From Candidatus Micrarchaeia archaeon (GTDB lineage Archaea > Micrarchaeota > Micrarchaeia > Burarchaeales > Fermentimicrarchaeaceae): a DNA stretch of 64,000 nucleotides. Numbering within the stretch: the stretch's first letter is position 1; the number at the start of each line of letters is the position of its first letter. Made by a program: the position numbers and the translations under genes. The notes under the pieces were generated by a model. It saw only the letters and a program-made list of their open reading frames with translations, did not search any database and had not been told where the DNA came from. Below are positions 55,928 to 64,000 of this stretch, piece by piece. The stretch covers positions 1-64,000 of the forward strand of contig JAVZHX010000003.1 of the NCBI GenBank assembly GCA_038871515.1. Reading direction: 5' to 3'.

Positions 55928-58594
55928 TTAGTTATACTTTTTTGCGAGCCATTCTATGAACTTATCAGCTGCCCTCTCTGTATCCATCTCGGTTCCACCT
56001 GCAATAATTATTCTGTTCGTCCCAGCTGCAGTAACCACTGCCTTTCCTTTTGTTAATTTTGGTAGAGATGAAACTGCTGAATAAACCTCCCTGCTAACCG
56101 AGTTGACTTCTGGTGGGCCTATGAGAATGAGAATTGATGCCTTATCTACGTCTCTATCAAGCACGACAAGTTTATTAGCTGCTGGATTAAGGAAAACTCT
56201 TGATGCCGAGTAAGTAGGTGAAACCTCGCAACGGATAGAAGCACCGGAACCCGCAATGTTTGCAGTAATGCTCTGCTTTCTAAATGCAAGATTCCCTAGA
56301 AGGGTTGCGATGTTTGCAGCTCCAACAGATTCCTCCGCTGTAGTTCCCTCACCAATGACTATCGTGAATGTTGGCTTACCCTCCTGGTTCAGTACCAGTA
56401 CGTTGGAGAATGTGAGAGGGGTGGGTGTAAGAGAATTGTTCGTAGCGGCAACTAAGATGCCGATAAACTGGTCTGCCCCCGTTATTATGTCAACCGCTCT
56501 GTAACCGGCAACGAGAATTCGATTTGACCCAATAGCTTTCATAACTACTTTATCACTTTGAAGATCTATGGAGGTTGCTTTCAGCAAGTCGGAAATAACT
56601 TTATTTCCGGAATTTCCAACTAATAAAAGGTTCTGGTTCGTCATTTGAGGGGCGACTTCGTCATCCAGCAGCACAAGCTTCGTTTTTGATGTATCAATCG
56701 GATAAGGCAGAGCTGCCTGTTGAATAATTGGGATGCAGCGCGGAGGGGAGGTAGTTGTGTCGATGGATGCAGTTATGTTAATTTTTCTATATGCCCTATT
56801 ACCAATCACTGCGGCAATGTTGCCAGCAGCTTTCACGTCCCTTGCGGTTCCTTTTTCGCCAACAACAATTTTCACAAGAGGTTGCCCGTAAGCATTGATG
56901 ATTGGGACGTTAGATAATTTTGCTTCTTCAATTGTTACATTGGTTGACGGGCTGTAGTCTCTGTATCCTGCTGTGACATCTCTCTGAAGATGTACATCCA
57001 GTTCCCATGAATAGTAGCTTATCCCAAAGTCCGGTCGTATAGTACTCGCATTTATATATCCCTGCTTGCTCACTACGAACTTATATTTTTTTAGGGAGGG
57101 AATGTGAATGTCATCAAACTTTGCTACTCCGTTAGAATCGGTGTATCTTGTGCTCTGAAGCTCATTGTCAAAATAGAGTTCAACCTTTGCTTCTGGTATT
57201 TTTGTCATACTGCCCGATTCATAAACCACTACTCTGATTGAAGCGTTTTCACTCCAGCGCTTCTCCTCTCCTTGAAGTGAAATTGAGAAAATTGTTTTCT
57301 TTGCATTCTCTAAAGCGAAACTCTTTGATCCTTTTACAATAGTGTAAAGCAAAATTGAGTATTCTCCAACGCCTCTTTGCAGTATCAGGTTTGAGCCCCC
57401 AATGGCGGTTACTTCATCCATACAGGCTTCCTTTCCACCCTCCTTTAGTATTGATGCCTTTCCAGTTGGTGAGTAGCATACGTTACTTTTAATCGTAAGG
57501 GTTAGGAGGGGGATGTTTGACTGATTCTTTGATATGTAAACGACGTATACACCATTATCATCACTGAAAGCAGTGCCAAAAGCACTCTCTCCATAAGCTT
57601 GATACTCGCCGACTAATTTCCCATTTACAGGAACTTCTTTCTTGATTGCATTGCTTTCCGCAAGCAAGCTCTTAACGTTTTTATAATCGTATTTTGTTTC
57701 CAATATTTTTTCGCAGTTTTTTGAGTCAGTTGATTTGAAGCGGTATGAAAATGCGCCAACTGCGATTCTTACTAAACCAGTATCTGCTTCGGTGTAGTTT
57801 ATGATTATCCTGCCACTGTAGCTTGAACCAATAGATGTGCCGAGGGGTTTTCCCGCAGCATCCGTGCATGCAATATTGATCACGCCTGGTTGCGCAATAA
57901 AAGCTTTGCCTCCAGAAGGAATTGTCACATTTCTCGCTGGCTGGTAGTATATACTCGCTTCTGTTGTATACTCAGGGCTTAAGTTCTGTGTGCAAGCAAC
58001 TCCTTTCACAATTATTGTTCTGCCTGTTCCCTGTCCAAGCTCAAGGGTAAGCAGTCCATTTTCATTCAAAGAGTAAGAAGCACAAGTGAGACCGGCGGGG
58101 AATGTGCATTGTGATGGTGTAGGTAGGGTTAGTTTTTGAGTGAACACCAGCTTGAGCACATCTCCCTCCTTCCATACACATATGGGATTTTCTTCATCAA
58201 AAGAGGGGCTGAGAACCGTGATTTCCCGTCCTCCTATATTTTTAGTTTTCTTAGAGATTTCATAATACTCCGGAAGCTCTTCCAAAAGATTATCAATTGT
58301 TAGATTTGTTTTTAGGTATGTAACAAATGTACTGGAGCCATCTCTATATGAAATAACTCCAATCTGTCCACCACTGAGTTTTTTTAGAATATTTCCTCCA
58401 AGTGCTACCCCCAAAAGTGATGAGAGCTCGCTTGCACCGTGCTCTGTGAGTTTAAAAAAATGTAGCGAAGCAGCATTTTCAGTTGGTATGTTTGAGAATA
58501 TTTCGTACTCTGTTGATGGTGTTTCTTGGGGTTGGAATAAGGTGCACCCAGCTATGAGGAGAATAAGCAACAAAACCAGAATTGTTTTTTTCAT
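55928..58594 (-). CDS. Large lipoprotein with pilin-like module and two S-layer-like repeats
   Basis: IAGC lipobox; PSQCTFPAGLTC module; repeats KIVVGEKGTARDVKAAGNIAAVIGN / TIVIGEGTTAEESVGAANIATLLGN, each closed by RILVAG-like segments. Confidence 0.75.
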   Translation of the reverse strand: MKKTILVLLLILLIAGCTLFQPQETPSTEYEIFSNIPTENAASLHFFKLTEHGASELSSLLGVALGGNILKKLSGGQIGVISYRDGSSTFVTYLKTNLTIDNLLEELPEYYEISKKTKNIGGREITVLSPSFDEENPICVWKEGDVLKLVFTQKLTLPTPSQCTFPAGLTCASYSLNENGLLTLELGQGTGRTIIVKGVACTQNLSPEYTTEASIYYQPARNVTIPSGGKAFIAQPGVINIACTDAAGKPLGTSIGSSYSGRIIINYTEADTGLVRIAVGAFSYRFKSTDSKNCEKILETKYDYKNVKSLLAESNAIKKEVPVNGKLVGEYQAYGESAFGTAFSDDNGVYVVYISKNQSNIPLLTLTIKSNVCYSPTGKASILKEGGKEACMDEVTAIGGSNLILQRGVGEYSILLYTIVKGSKSFALENAKKTIFSISLQGEEKRWSENASIRVVVYESGSMTKIPEAKVELYFDNELQSTRYTDSNGVAKFDDIHIPSLKKYKFVVSKQGYINASTIRPDFGISYYSWELDVHLQRDVTAGYRDYSPSTNVTIEEAKLSNVPIINAYGQPLVKIVVGEKGTARDVKAAGNIAAVIGNRAYRKINITASIDTTTSPPRCIPIIQQAALPYPIDTSKTKLVLLDDEVAPQMTNQNLLLVGNSGNKVISDLLKATSIDLQSDKVVMKAIGSNRILVAGYRAVDIITGADQFIGILVAATNNSLTPTPLTFSNVLVLNQEGKPTFTIVIGEGTTAEESVGAANIATLLGNLAFRKQSITANIAGSGASIRCEVSPTYSASRVFLNPAANKLVVLDRDVDKASILILIGPPEVNSVSREVYSAVSSLPKLTKGKAVVTAAGTNRIIIAGGTEMDTERAADKFIEWLAKKYN

Positions 58595-58622
58595 ATGACC
58601 ACCACCATGAAATTAAATCAGG

Positions 58623-59594
58623 TTATATATTTATTGTTTTATGAATTCGCGGTATAATTGCGCAGAGGAATGCCTGCTCGCTCATCTCCCTTCTCTCAGT
58701 CAGCCCTTTTGAAAGGTAACCAATTGCACCTTTTTTCTTCCCTATTTCGTCTATTCCGCTGAGCTTTTCAAATACCTCACTCATTGTTTTCCTGTCTTTT
58801 ATTATCTCCTGAATAAGCTCAGCAGGAACCTCAAATCCCATGCTGAAGCCAAGCGTGGTTGTTTCACCATCATAAACAGCGCACCACTGGCAGTCAAAAA
58901 ACTTGTCTGAAAACTTGAAAAGCCCGCTCTCCAAACCAACTCCATAATCTGCTTTAAGCTTCTCCCTTGCAGCTTTTGCCCTTTCAATTGCTCCCGTTAT
59001 CGTCTCCTCCTCAAAAGGCTGTGAGGAAATTTTTGTTTTCACCTCAACTCCAACAAGCTTGAATTTTTTGAATATTTTTTTTGCAACTCTTTCAACTCCT
59101 TTGAGCTTTGATGGGTTTGTTGAGCCAACCGCAATTAAAACTGGCTTTCTTCTCCTTCCAGCAACATCTATAACTCCTTTCTTCACTCTCTCGCAGGAGA
59201 TTTTTTTCAAATCCTCCCCTGCAAGCAGTGGTATTGAAATTATCTCAAGCTCCTTCAAGCCTCTGCTCCTCCTCATTCTGTTAATCTCCTCAGCTCGCTG
59301 TCTCGTTTCCTCGCTGACAACTATTGCGTCAAATTCACCATCAACGGCAGGCCCGTAGAAGTCATCAAGCTTGAATATTTCAACTCTTTTAAGCTCGTTG
59401 CCAAGAAACTTTTTGAGGTTTCTCATTCTGAGCTTGAACGAAGCGCACCTGTGCTTCTTGTTTCTTCTCACAAACTCATCTGAGGTTAAACCTATGTAAA
59501 CTCTTCTTCCAGCAGACAGAGCTTTCCTTAAAAGTTTTTTGTGCCCCTCATGGAGAGTATCAAAAGTCCCTCCGAGTATCACCTTTTCGTGCAT
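58623..59594 (-). CDS. coaD: Phosphopantetheine adenylyltransferase fused to YjjX-type inosine/xanthosine triphosphatase
   Basis: GGTFDTLHEGH, GLTSDEF, VVSEET; then GSTNPSK, SQP, GLESG, GAIGYLS. Confidence 0.88.
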   Translation of the reverse strand: MHEKVILGGTFDTLHEGHKKLLRKALSAGRRVYIGLTSDEFVRRNKKHRCASFKLRMRNLKKFLGNELKRVEIFKLDDFYGPAVDGEFDAIVVSEETRQRAEEINRMRRSRGLKELEIISIPLLAGEDLKKISCERVKKGVIDVAGRRRKPVLIAVGSTNPSKLKGVERVAKKIFKKFKLVGVEVKTKISSQPFEEETITGAIERAKAAREKLKADYGVGLESGLFKFSDKFFDCQWCAVYDGETTTLGFSMGFEVPAELIQEIIKDRKTMSEVFEKLSGIDEIGKKKGAIGYLSKGLTERREMSEQAFLCAIIPRIHKTINI

Positions 59595-59629
59595 ACAAAT
59601 AAATTAAAGAGAAGAATTAAAATGCTTTT

Positions 59630-59833
59630 ATGGATCAGGAGAGGAGAATAAGGGAGGATATAGAGCAGTTCCATAAAAATGTTAAGGGGATGAAAGGTGA
59701 AATTGTTGAGCTTGCGATGAGATACTGCAAGGATGCGGAGTTCTATCTGGAGAGGAAGGATTATGTGACTGCTTTTGGGTGCATAAACTACGCACATGGT
59801 TTAATTGATGCTTTGAGGAGGATGGAGAGATGA
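59630..59833 (+). CDS. DUF357 family protein
   Basis: YCKDAEFYLERKDYVTAFGCINYAHGLIDA. Confidence 0.87.
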   Translation: MDQERRIREDIEQFHKNVKGMKGEIVELAMRYCKDAEFYLERKDYVTAFGCINYAHGLIDALRRMER

Positions 59834-60912
59834 TGTGGGAGTTTCAGCTTCCTACAAAGATAATTTTTGGAAGGGGAAGCTTGAGCAGGCTTGGGGAGAA
59901 CGTTGATGTGGATAAGGTGCTTCTTGTAACAGGCAGAGGTGGTTTCAGAGAGGATGTTGTTAAGAGAATACGCAAACAGCTGAAAGTTGATATAACTGTT
60001 TATAATGGAGTTGAGCCGAACCCAACCCACCAGAGCGTTGATGAAGGGATTGCAGTTATTAAGGAGAGGGGCTGCAAGCTCGTGATTGCTTTGGGAGGAG
60101 GGAGCGTGATTGATGCTGCGAAGATGATTGCATGCCTTGCGGAAGCTGAAGGCAAGGCATATGAGTATGTTTTTGGAGGGAGGAGAATTGAGAGAAGGGG
60201 TTTGCCTGTTATAGCAATTCCAACGACAGCTGGGACTGGAAGCGAGGTAACTCCATTTGCAGTTATTTCAGATAAAGAGAAGAAGCTGAAGCTGCCTGTG
60301 AGGAATAAATACCTTTTTCCAAAGGTTGCGATAGTTGACCCTGAGTTGACTGTCACCATGCCGAGAGAGTTAACTGCAAACACAGGTGTTGATGCACTGG
60401 CGCATGCGCTTGAAGCTTTATGGTCTAAGAAAGCTCAGCCGATAAGTGATTATCTTGCTCTCAGAGCTGTGAAGATTGTTTTTGAGAGTCTTGAGAAAGC
60501 ATGTGAGGAGCCAAATAATATTGAGGTGAGGGAGGAGATGTCGCTTGCAAGCTTGCTTGGAGGAATTGCGATAAGCAATATAGGGACAGGTCCGTCTCAT
60601 GCAATCTCGTATCCTTTAACAGTTCATTTTGGCATTCCTCATGGAAATGCGTGCTCCCTTACTCTCCCTGAAGTGATGGAGTTCAATGCATTGGGATGTG
60701 AGAAAGTTAATAGGCTCACCCAGCTATATGGGCCGGAGAGAATGAGGGAGCTTTTCAGAAAAATTGGGTTGAAGATGAGGTTGAGCGAGTTTGGGGTTAA
60801 GAGGGAGGATATACCGCTTATACTTGATGGAGTTGTTTCATCAACTCTGGAGAGGAATATAAAGGAGATGGGGAGGAAGGAGATTGAGGAAATTTTGAAT
60901 AAAATTCTTTGA
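59830..60912 (+). CDS. Iron-containing alcohol dehydrogenase
   Basis: GGGSVIDAAK, PTTAGTGSEVT, DALAHALE, HAISY, HGNAC. Confidence 0.92.
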   Translation: MMWEFQLPTKIIFGRGSLSRLGENVDVDKVLLVTGRGGFREDVVKRIRKQLKVDITVYNGVEPNPTHQSVDEGIAVIKERGCKLVIALGGGSVIDAAKMIACLAEAEGKAYEYVFGGRRIERRGLPVIAIPTTAGTGSEVTPFAVISDKEKKLKLPVRNKYLFPKVAIVDPELTVTMPRELTANTGVDALAHALEALWSKKAQPISDYLALRAVKIVFESLEKACEEPNNIEVREEMSLASLLGGIAISNIGTGPSHAISYPLTVHFGIPHGNACSLTLPEVMEFNALGCEKVNRLTQLYGPERMRELFRKIGLKMRLSEFGVKREDIPLILDGVVSSTLERNIKEMGRKEIEEILNKIL

Positions 60913-62085
60913 TTAGGTTAATACTTGCGGCATGAAGATGAGGAGCAAGCCAAGGATGAGCAGGACAACTCCTCCAATCAATTGGGAGAGCTTTCCATAT
61001 TTTGAGCCGAAGTCTGTTGAGCTGAGTGTTATAACTGCCATGCTGAAAACAATCATGTCGTCAAGCATGTAGAAGAATACGTATATAAGGATGTAGAGGT
61101 AGTATTCAAGGAAGGGAAGGTTTCTCAAAGCAAGTATCCTTGTGAAAGTTGCTGGGAAGCCTGCTGAGCAGGCAAACTCAACTGTGTTAACTGTGAATGC
61201 AAGAAGCACTATTCCGAAAAGGGTTGCTGGCACTGCGCTTGGTTTTGTTAGCTCATCAATTCTTTTCATAATCTTGCTTTGGGAAGCTGCGTCAGTTACC
61301 TTGCAGACTGCTTTTGGAAGAGTTATGTAATCCTTCAAGTTTATCAAACCGGCTCCAACTGCTACAATTCCAACTAGCACACGGGTTATATCAGTGAAGC
61401 TTATAATCTCCCATAATTTCAGCCAGCCGGAGAGGATGAGAATATACCACACACCAGAGGCAAAAACAAATGTTCCAACTATGAGTATCATTTTCTTTCT
61501 GTCCTTTGTGCCAGTAAGCATTGTTATCAAGTAGATAAGCACCCACATGGCGCATGGGTTAAAGCCGTCAAGCAACCCGAGCAGTATGCTGAGGAGGGGG
61601 AGGGAGGCGGTTCTCATGTCAATTTTCCCAATAAATGGGTAGTTTATTACGTAGGTTTCAACCACTGTTGCATTTGTTGTCTCATTTCCTTCACTGCGGA
61701 GGACGTTTGTGTACGGGTCGATGCATCCAAACTGAATGCAGTTAGCTACTCTCTCCTCAATTATTCTTCCCGTTGTGTCATCATCCATATAACCAATTAT
61801 CACTCCATCTCCAACGTAAGTTTGGGGGACACCGAAGAAATCAGTTTCAGAAACTTTGTATGCTCTGGCAAATCTAGTCATTAAATTAAGATTCTCATCT
61901 GAGATGTCAACTGCAAACTTCTTTATTTCCAGAGAGGGGTATTTTGCTTCAAGTTTTGAGAGGAAGATTGATTCAGCGTGGCAGTGCGGGCAGGTTGTTG
62001 AATAGAAGAAGTACATAGTGACATTATATGCAGTAATATGATGTGCTAGCAGAAGCAATAACAGCAGCAGTGCAGTTTTTCTCAA
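60913..62085 (-). CDS. Secreted glutaredoxin/thioredoxin domain fused to a CcdA-like membrane domain
   Basis: FYSTTCPHC; DGFNPCAMWVL; VEFACSAGFP; start approximate (TTG 62085). Confidence 0.82.
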   Translation of the reverse strand: MRKTALLLLLLLLAHHITAYNVTMYFFYSTTCPHCHAESIFLSKLEAKYPSLEIKKFAVDISDENLNLMTRFARAYKVSETDFFGVPQTYVGDGVIIGYMDDDTTGRIIEERVANCIQFGCIDPYTNVLRSEGNETTNATVVETYVINYPFIGKIDMRTASLPLLSILLGLLDGFNPCAMWVLIYLITMLTGTKDRKKMILIVGTFVFASGVWYILILSGWLKLWEIISFTDITRVLVGIVAVGAGLINLKDYITLPKAVCKVTDAASQSKIMKRIDELTKPSAVPATLFGIVLLAFTVNTVEFACSAGFPATFTRILALRNLPFLEYYLYILIYVFFYMLDDMIVFSMAVITLSSTDFGSKYGKLSQLIGGVVLLILGLLLIFMPQVLT

Positions 62086-62129
62086 AGTAACACCAGATAG
62101 ATATAAAGCAGAAAATTTATAAAACTTGT

Positions 62130-62639
62130 TTATTGTTTGGAGTTTTTGCATAGCTTGTTGAACTCAACTCTTGAGGAAATTTCAAATGAGTTGACAAGCT
62201 CGGAGATGTCCTTCTCTGGGAGCTCAAGGAGCTTGCTCAAACCACCTATGTTTTGTCTGTTTGCAAATTGGATGAGTTTATTTATTGTTGATAAATCCAC
62301 CCAAGCCTCAATTTCAAGATTTACTGGGTTGGATTTGAGAGATTGGCCGTCAAGTATTCTTGAATTCCATGGATTCTCCATTCTTGAAGCGAGAAGCTTT
62401 CCTGTGTTTTTCAGTTCATTTTCAAGGAAGAGGGTGAATCTATTCTCAATCTCATCTGCAACTGGGAATTGAAGTTTTGGCTTTGTTTCGTTTATTCTGT
62501 CAAGAACTTTTAGGAGAAATTCCTTTGGTTTCTCCTTCCAGTCTGGTTTTGAGTCAATCATTCCCATAATTCCATTAGCCAGCTCTCTGAACTCCTCCTC
62601 AGTTCTTCTCTGCTCTGCCTGCTTGAACGCAATGCTCAT
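62130..62639 (-). CDS. Hypothetical protein
   Basis: ATG 62639 forms an ATGA overlap with the upstream glycosylase stop. Confidence 0.6.
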   Translation of the reverse strand: MSIAFKQAEQRRTEEEFRELANGIMGMIDSKPDWKEKPKEFLLKVLDRINETKPKLQFPVADEIENRFTLFLENELKNTGKLLASRMENPWNSRILDGQSLKSNPVNLEIEAWVDLSTINKLIQFANRQNIGGLSKLLELPEKDISELVNSFEISSRVEFNKLCKNSKQ

Positions 62640-63298
62640 GGTTGTATTTTGGTTTTTTGTATATAAAAAGTGCATTCCTTCCTGAGCGGGCAGGGAGGGC
62701 AGTTTGGTTTTGTTTTGCAGTAGTTTTTCCCAAGCTCAACAAGGAGAGCGTGCATCTCCTTGTAAACTTCCAAGTTTCTCGGAAGGTTGGAGTGAAAGAA
62801 GTTTTGAAGTTTGTTATAATTTCCTTTTACAACTCCCAAGCGCTCGCAAATTCTTTTTGTGTAAGCATCTATTGGGAAAATTAGTTTCTCAGCAGCGTAG
62901 AGGAGAATTGAGTCAGCAGTCTCGTATCCGACTCCTTCAAGTGAGAGGAGCTCCTCCCTTGCTTCCTCAAGTGGTTTGGAGAGAAGTAGTTTTAAGTTTC
63001 CGTTGTATGTTTTTTCAATGTATTTTGCAAACTTCCTTAATCTTCTTGCTTTCTGTCTGTAGAAGCCGGTTGGTTTCACGCATGCATACAGTTTGGTTAA
63101 GCTTGCTTCTGCGATTGCTTTTGAGGTGAGCATCTTCTCATTTTTTAGATTTTCTATTGCTTTCTCAACGTTCCTCCATGTGCTCTGCTGTGTTAGAAAA
63201 GCACCTACAATTATCTCAAACTGGGGGTTGTTGCTTGTTGTGGGCCACCAGTGCTGCTTTCCAAAGTGCCTGAGAAGTTTTTTGTAGATTCTATTCAT
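62636..63298 (-). CDS. Endonuclease III-related HhH-GPD DNA glycosylase
   Basis: WWP, VGAFLTQ, GVGYETADSILLYA, HALLV, CKTKPNCPPCPLRKEC Fe-S motif; start ATG 63298. Confidence 0.9.
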   Translation of the reverse strand: MNRIYKKLLRHFGKQHWWPTTSNNPQFEIIVGAFLTQQSTWRNVEKAIENLKNEKMLTSKAIAEASLTKLYACVKPTGFYRQKARRLRKFAKYIEKTYNGNLKLLLSKPLEEAREELLSLEGVGYETADSILLYAAEKLIFPIDAYTKRICERLGVVKGNYNKLQNFFHSNLPRNLEVYKEMHALLVELGKNYCKTKPNCPPCPLRKECTFYIQKTKIQP

Positions 63299-63346
63299 AA
63301 GATCAGTTAAGCAAGAAAAATATTTAAGTTCCTTCCATTTTATATT

Positions 63347-63601
63347 ATGGCAACGTTTCTTATAATGGACTTGTTCAAACTTCCTTTTGGAGTTGTTTTG
63401 ACGGGAGAGGTAAGAAGTGATGTGCTTAGGGTGAGAATGAAAGCGAACGTTGAGGGAAAGATGATGGAGGTAAAGGCAATTGAGATGGCGCACAGGCAAG
63501 TGCAGGAAGCGAAAGCAGGTGAGAAGGTTGGTGTAGTGCTGAGCAATGCTGATTACAATCTACTTTACAAGTATAAGGGGAAAGTTGTGGAGTTTTTGTG
63601 A
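63347..63601 (+). CDS. Small stand-alone EF-Tu domain 2-like beta-barrel protein
   Basis: GVVLTGEV, VKAIEMAHRQVQEAKAGEKVGVVL. Confidence 0.75.
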   Translation: MATFLIMDLFKLPFGVVLTGEVRSDVLRVRMKANVEGKMMEVKAIEMAHRQVQEAKAGEKVGVVLSNADYNLLYKYKGKVVEFL

Positions 63602-63642
63602 AGTATTAAATTAATTTCCTTTCAAATAGATAGGGGGTTGCT

Positions 63643-64000
63643 ATGTCCAGGCCTTCTTGGGATGAGTATTTTATGAAGATATGCAATGTGGTTGCTGAGA
63701 GGTCAACGTGCAAGAGGCATCAGTTTGGAGCAGTAATTGTCAGAGATAAAAGGTTGCTTGCAACGGGTTACAACGGCGCTCCAAGCGGCTTGCCGCATTG
63801 TTTGGATATCGGTTGTTTAAGGGATGAATTGAAGATACCTAGTGGGACGCATCATGAGATATGCAGGGGAGTTCATGCTGAGCAGAACGCGATAATTCAG
63901 TGCGCGCTGCATGGAGTTTCATCAAAGGATGCTACAATGTATGTGAATGGAATCCCGTGTAAAATATGCGCTAAAATGATAATCAATGCTGGTATAAGGA
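63643..64000 (+). CDS. dCMP deaminase (truncated by window end)
   Basis: Not in the ORF track; [33 protein letters not shown]. Confidence 0.92.
   Translation, partial: MSRPSWDEYFMKICNVVAERSTCKRHQFGAVIVRDKRLLATGYNGAPSGLPHCLDIGCLRDELKIPSGTHHEICRGVHAEQNAIIQCALHGVSSKDATMYVNGIPCKICAKMIINAGIR

Noticed and set aside
58623..59594. CoaD-YjjX fusion as a novelty
   Set aside because: This bifunctional architecture is already known from archaea such as Thermoplasmatales.
1..64000. Many antisense and alternate-frame ORFs in the supplied track (e.g. 112-477, 1952-2539, 16262-16795, 40040-40624, 41516-42103)
   Set aside because: They overlap well-supported genes and have no recognisable motifs; shadow ORFs.
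1..64000. CRISPR array, rRNA, integrase or transposase
   Set aside because: No regularly spaced repeats, rRNA-like stretch or recombinase motifs seen.

Overview
Gene-dense archaeal window (TATA-box promoters, GGTG-type ribosome-binding sites, box C/D sRNAs, archaeal TrpRS and CoaD). The surface-protein modules suggest a DPANN lineage such as Micrarchaeota, but that is inference. Contents: tldD/tldE, a four-subunit pyruvate/2-oxoacid:ferredoxin oxidoreductase operon, argF, a type IV (AbiE) toxin-antitoxin pair plus a remnant of a second toxin, a his operon (hisD-C-B-G-H-A-F-IE) directly behind a tRNA-His, Mg/Cu/Zn/Fe transporters, MscL/MscS, a DUF134-NifX-MinD-Mrp Fe-S operon, hisS, trpS and several large Cys-rich surface proteins. 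Two systems stand out. (1) A candidate histidine-sensing translational regulon: three tiny leader ORFs (MEMKGGLLH..., MSKGELLHL*, MEKDLLH*) each carry a single His codon in the context Leu-CTT-CAY. In each case the +1 frame entered at CTT-C is His-free and stops overlapping the next start codon. Two are chained ahead of hisD (the first opens a start-less AbrB-like ORF, the second reads through tRNA-His to an ATGA overlap with hisD) and the third precedes hisS 29 kb away. (2) A secreted, membrane-anchored protein with four tandem Hint (intein-like) domains, each followed by Lys-Gly rather than Cys/Ser/Thr, inserted in the Gly-rich N-terminus of a double-Tim44 protein next to a DUF350 gene. Two box C/D guide RNAs and several palindromic operators were also read from intergenic DNA. 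All family assignments are from motif recognition by eye; no database search was run.
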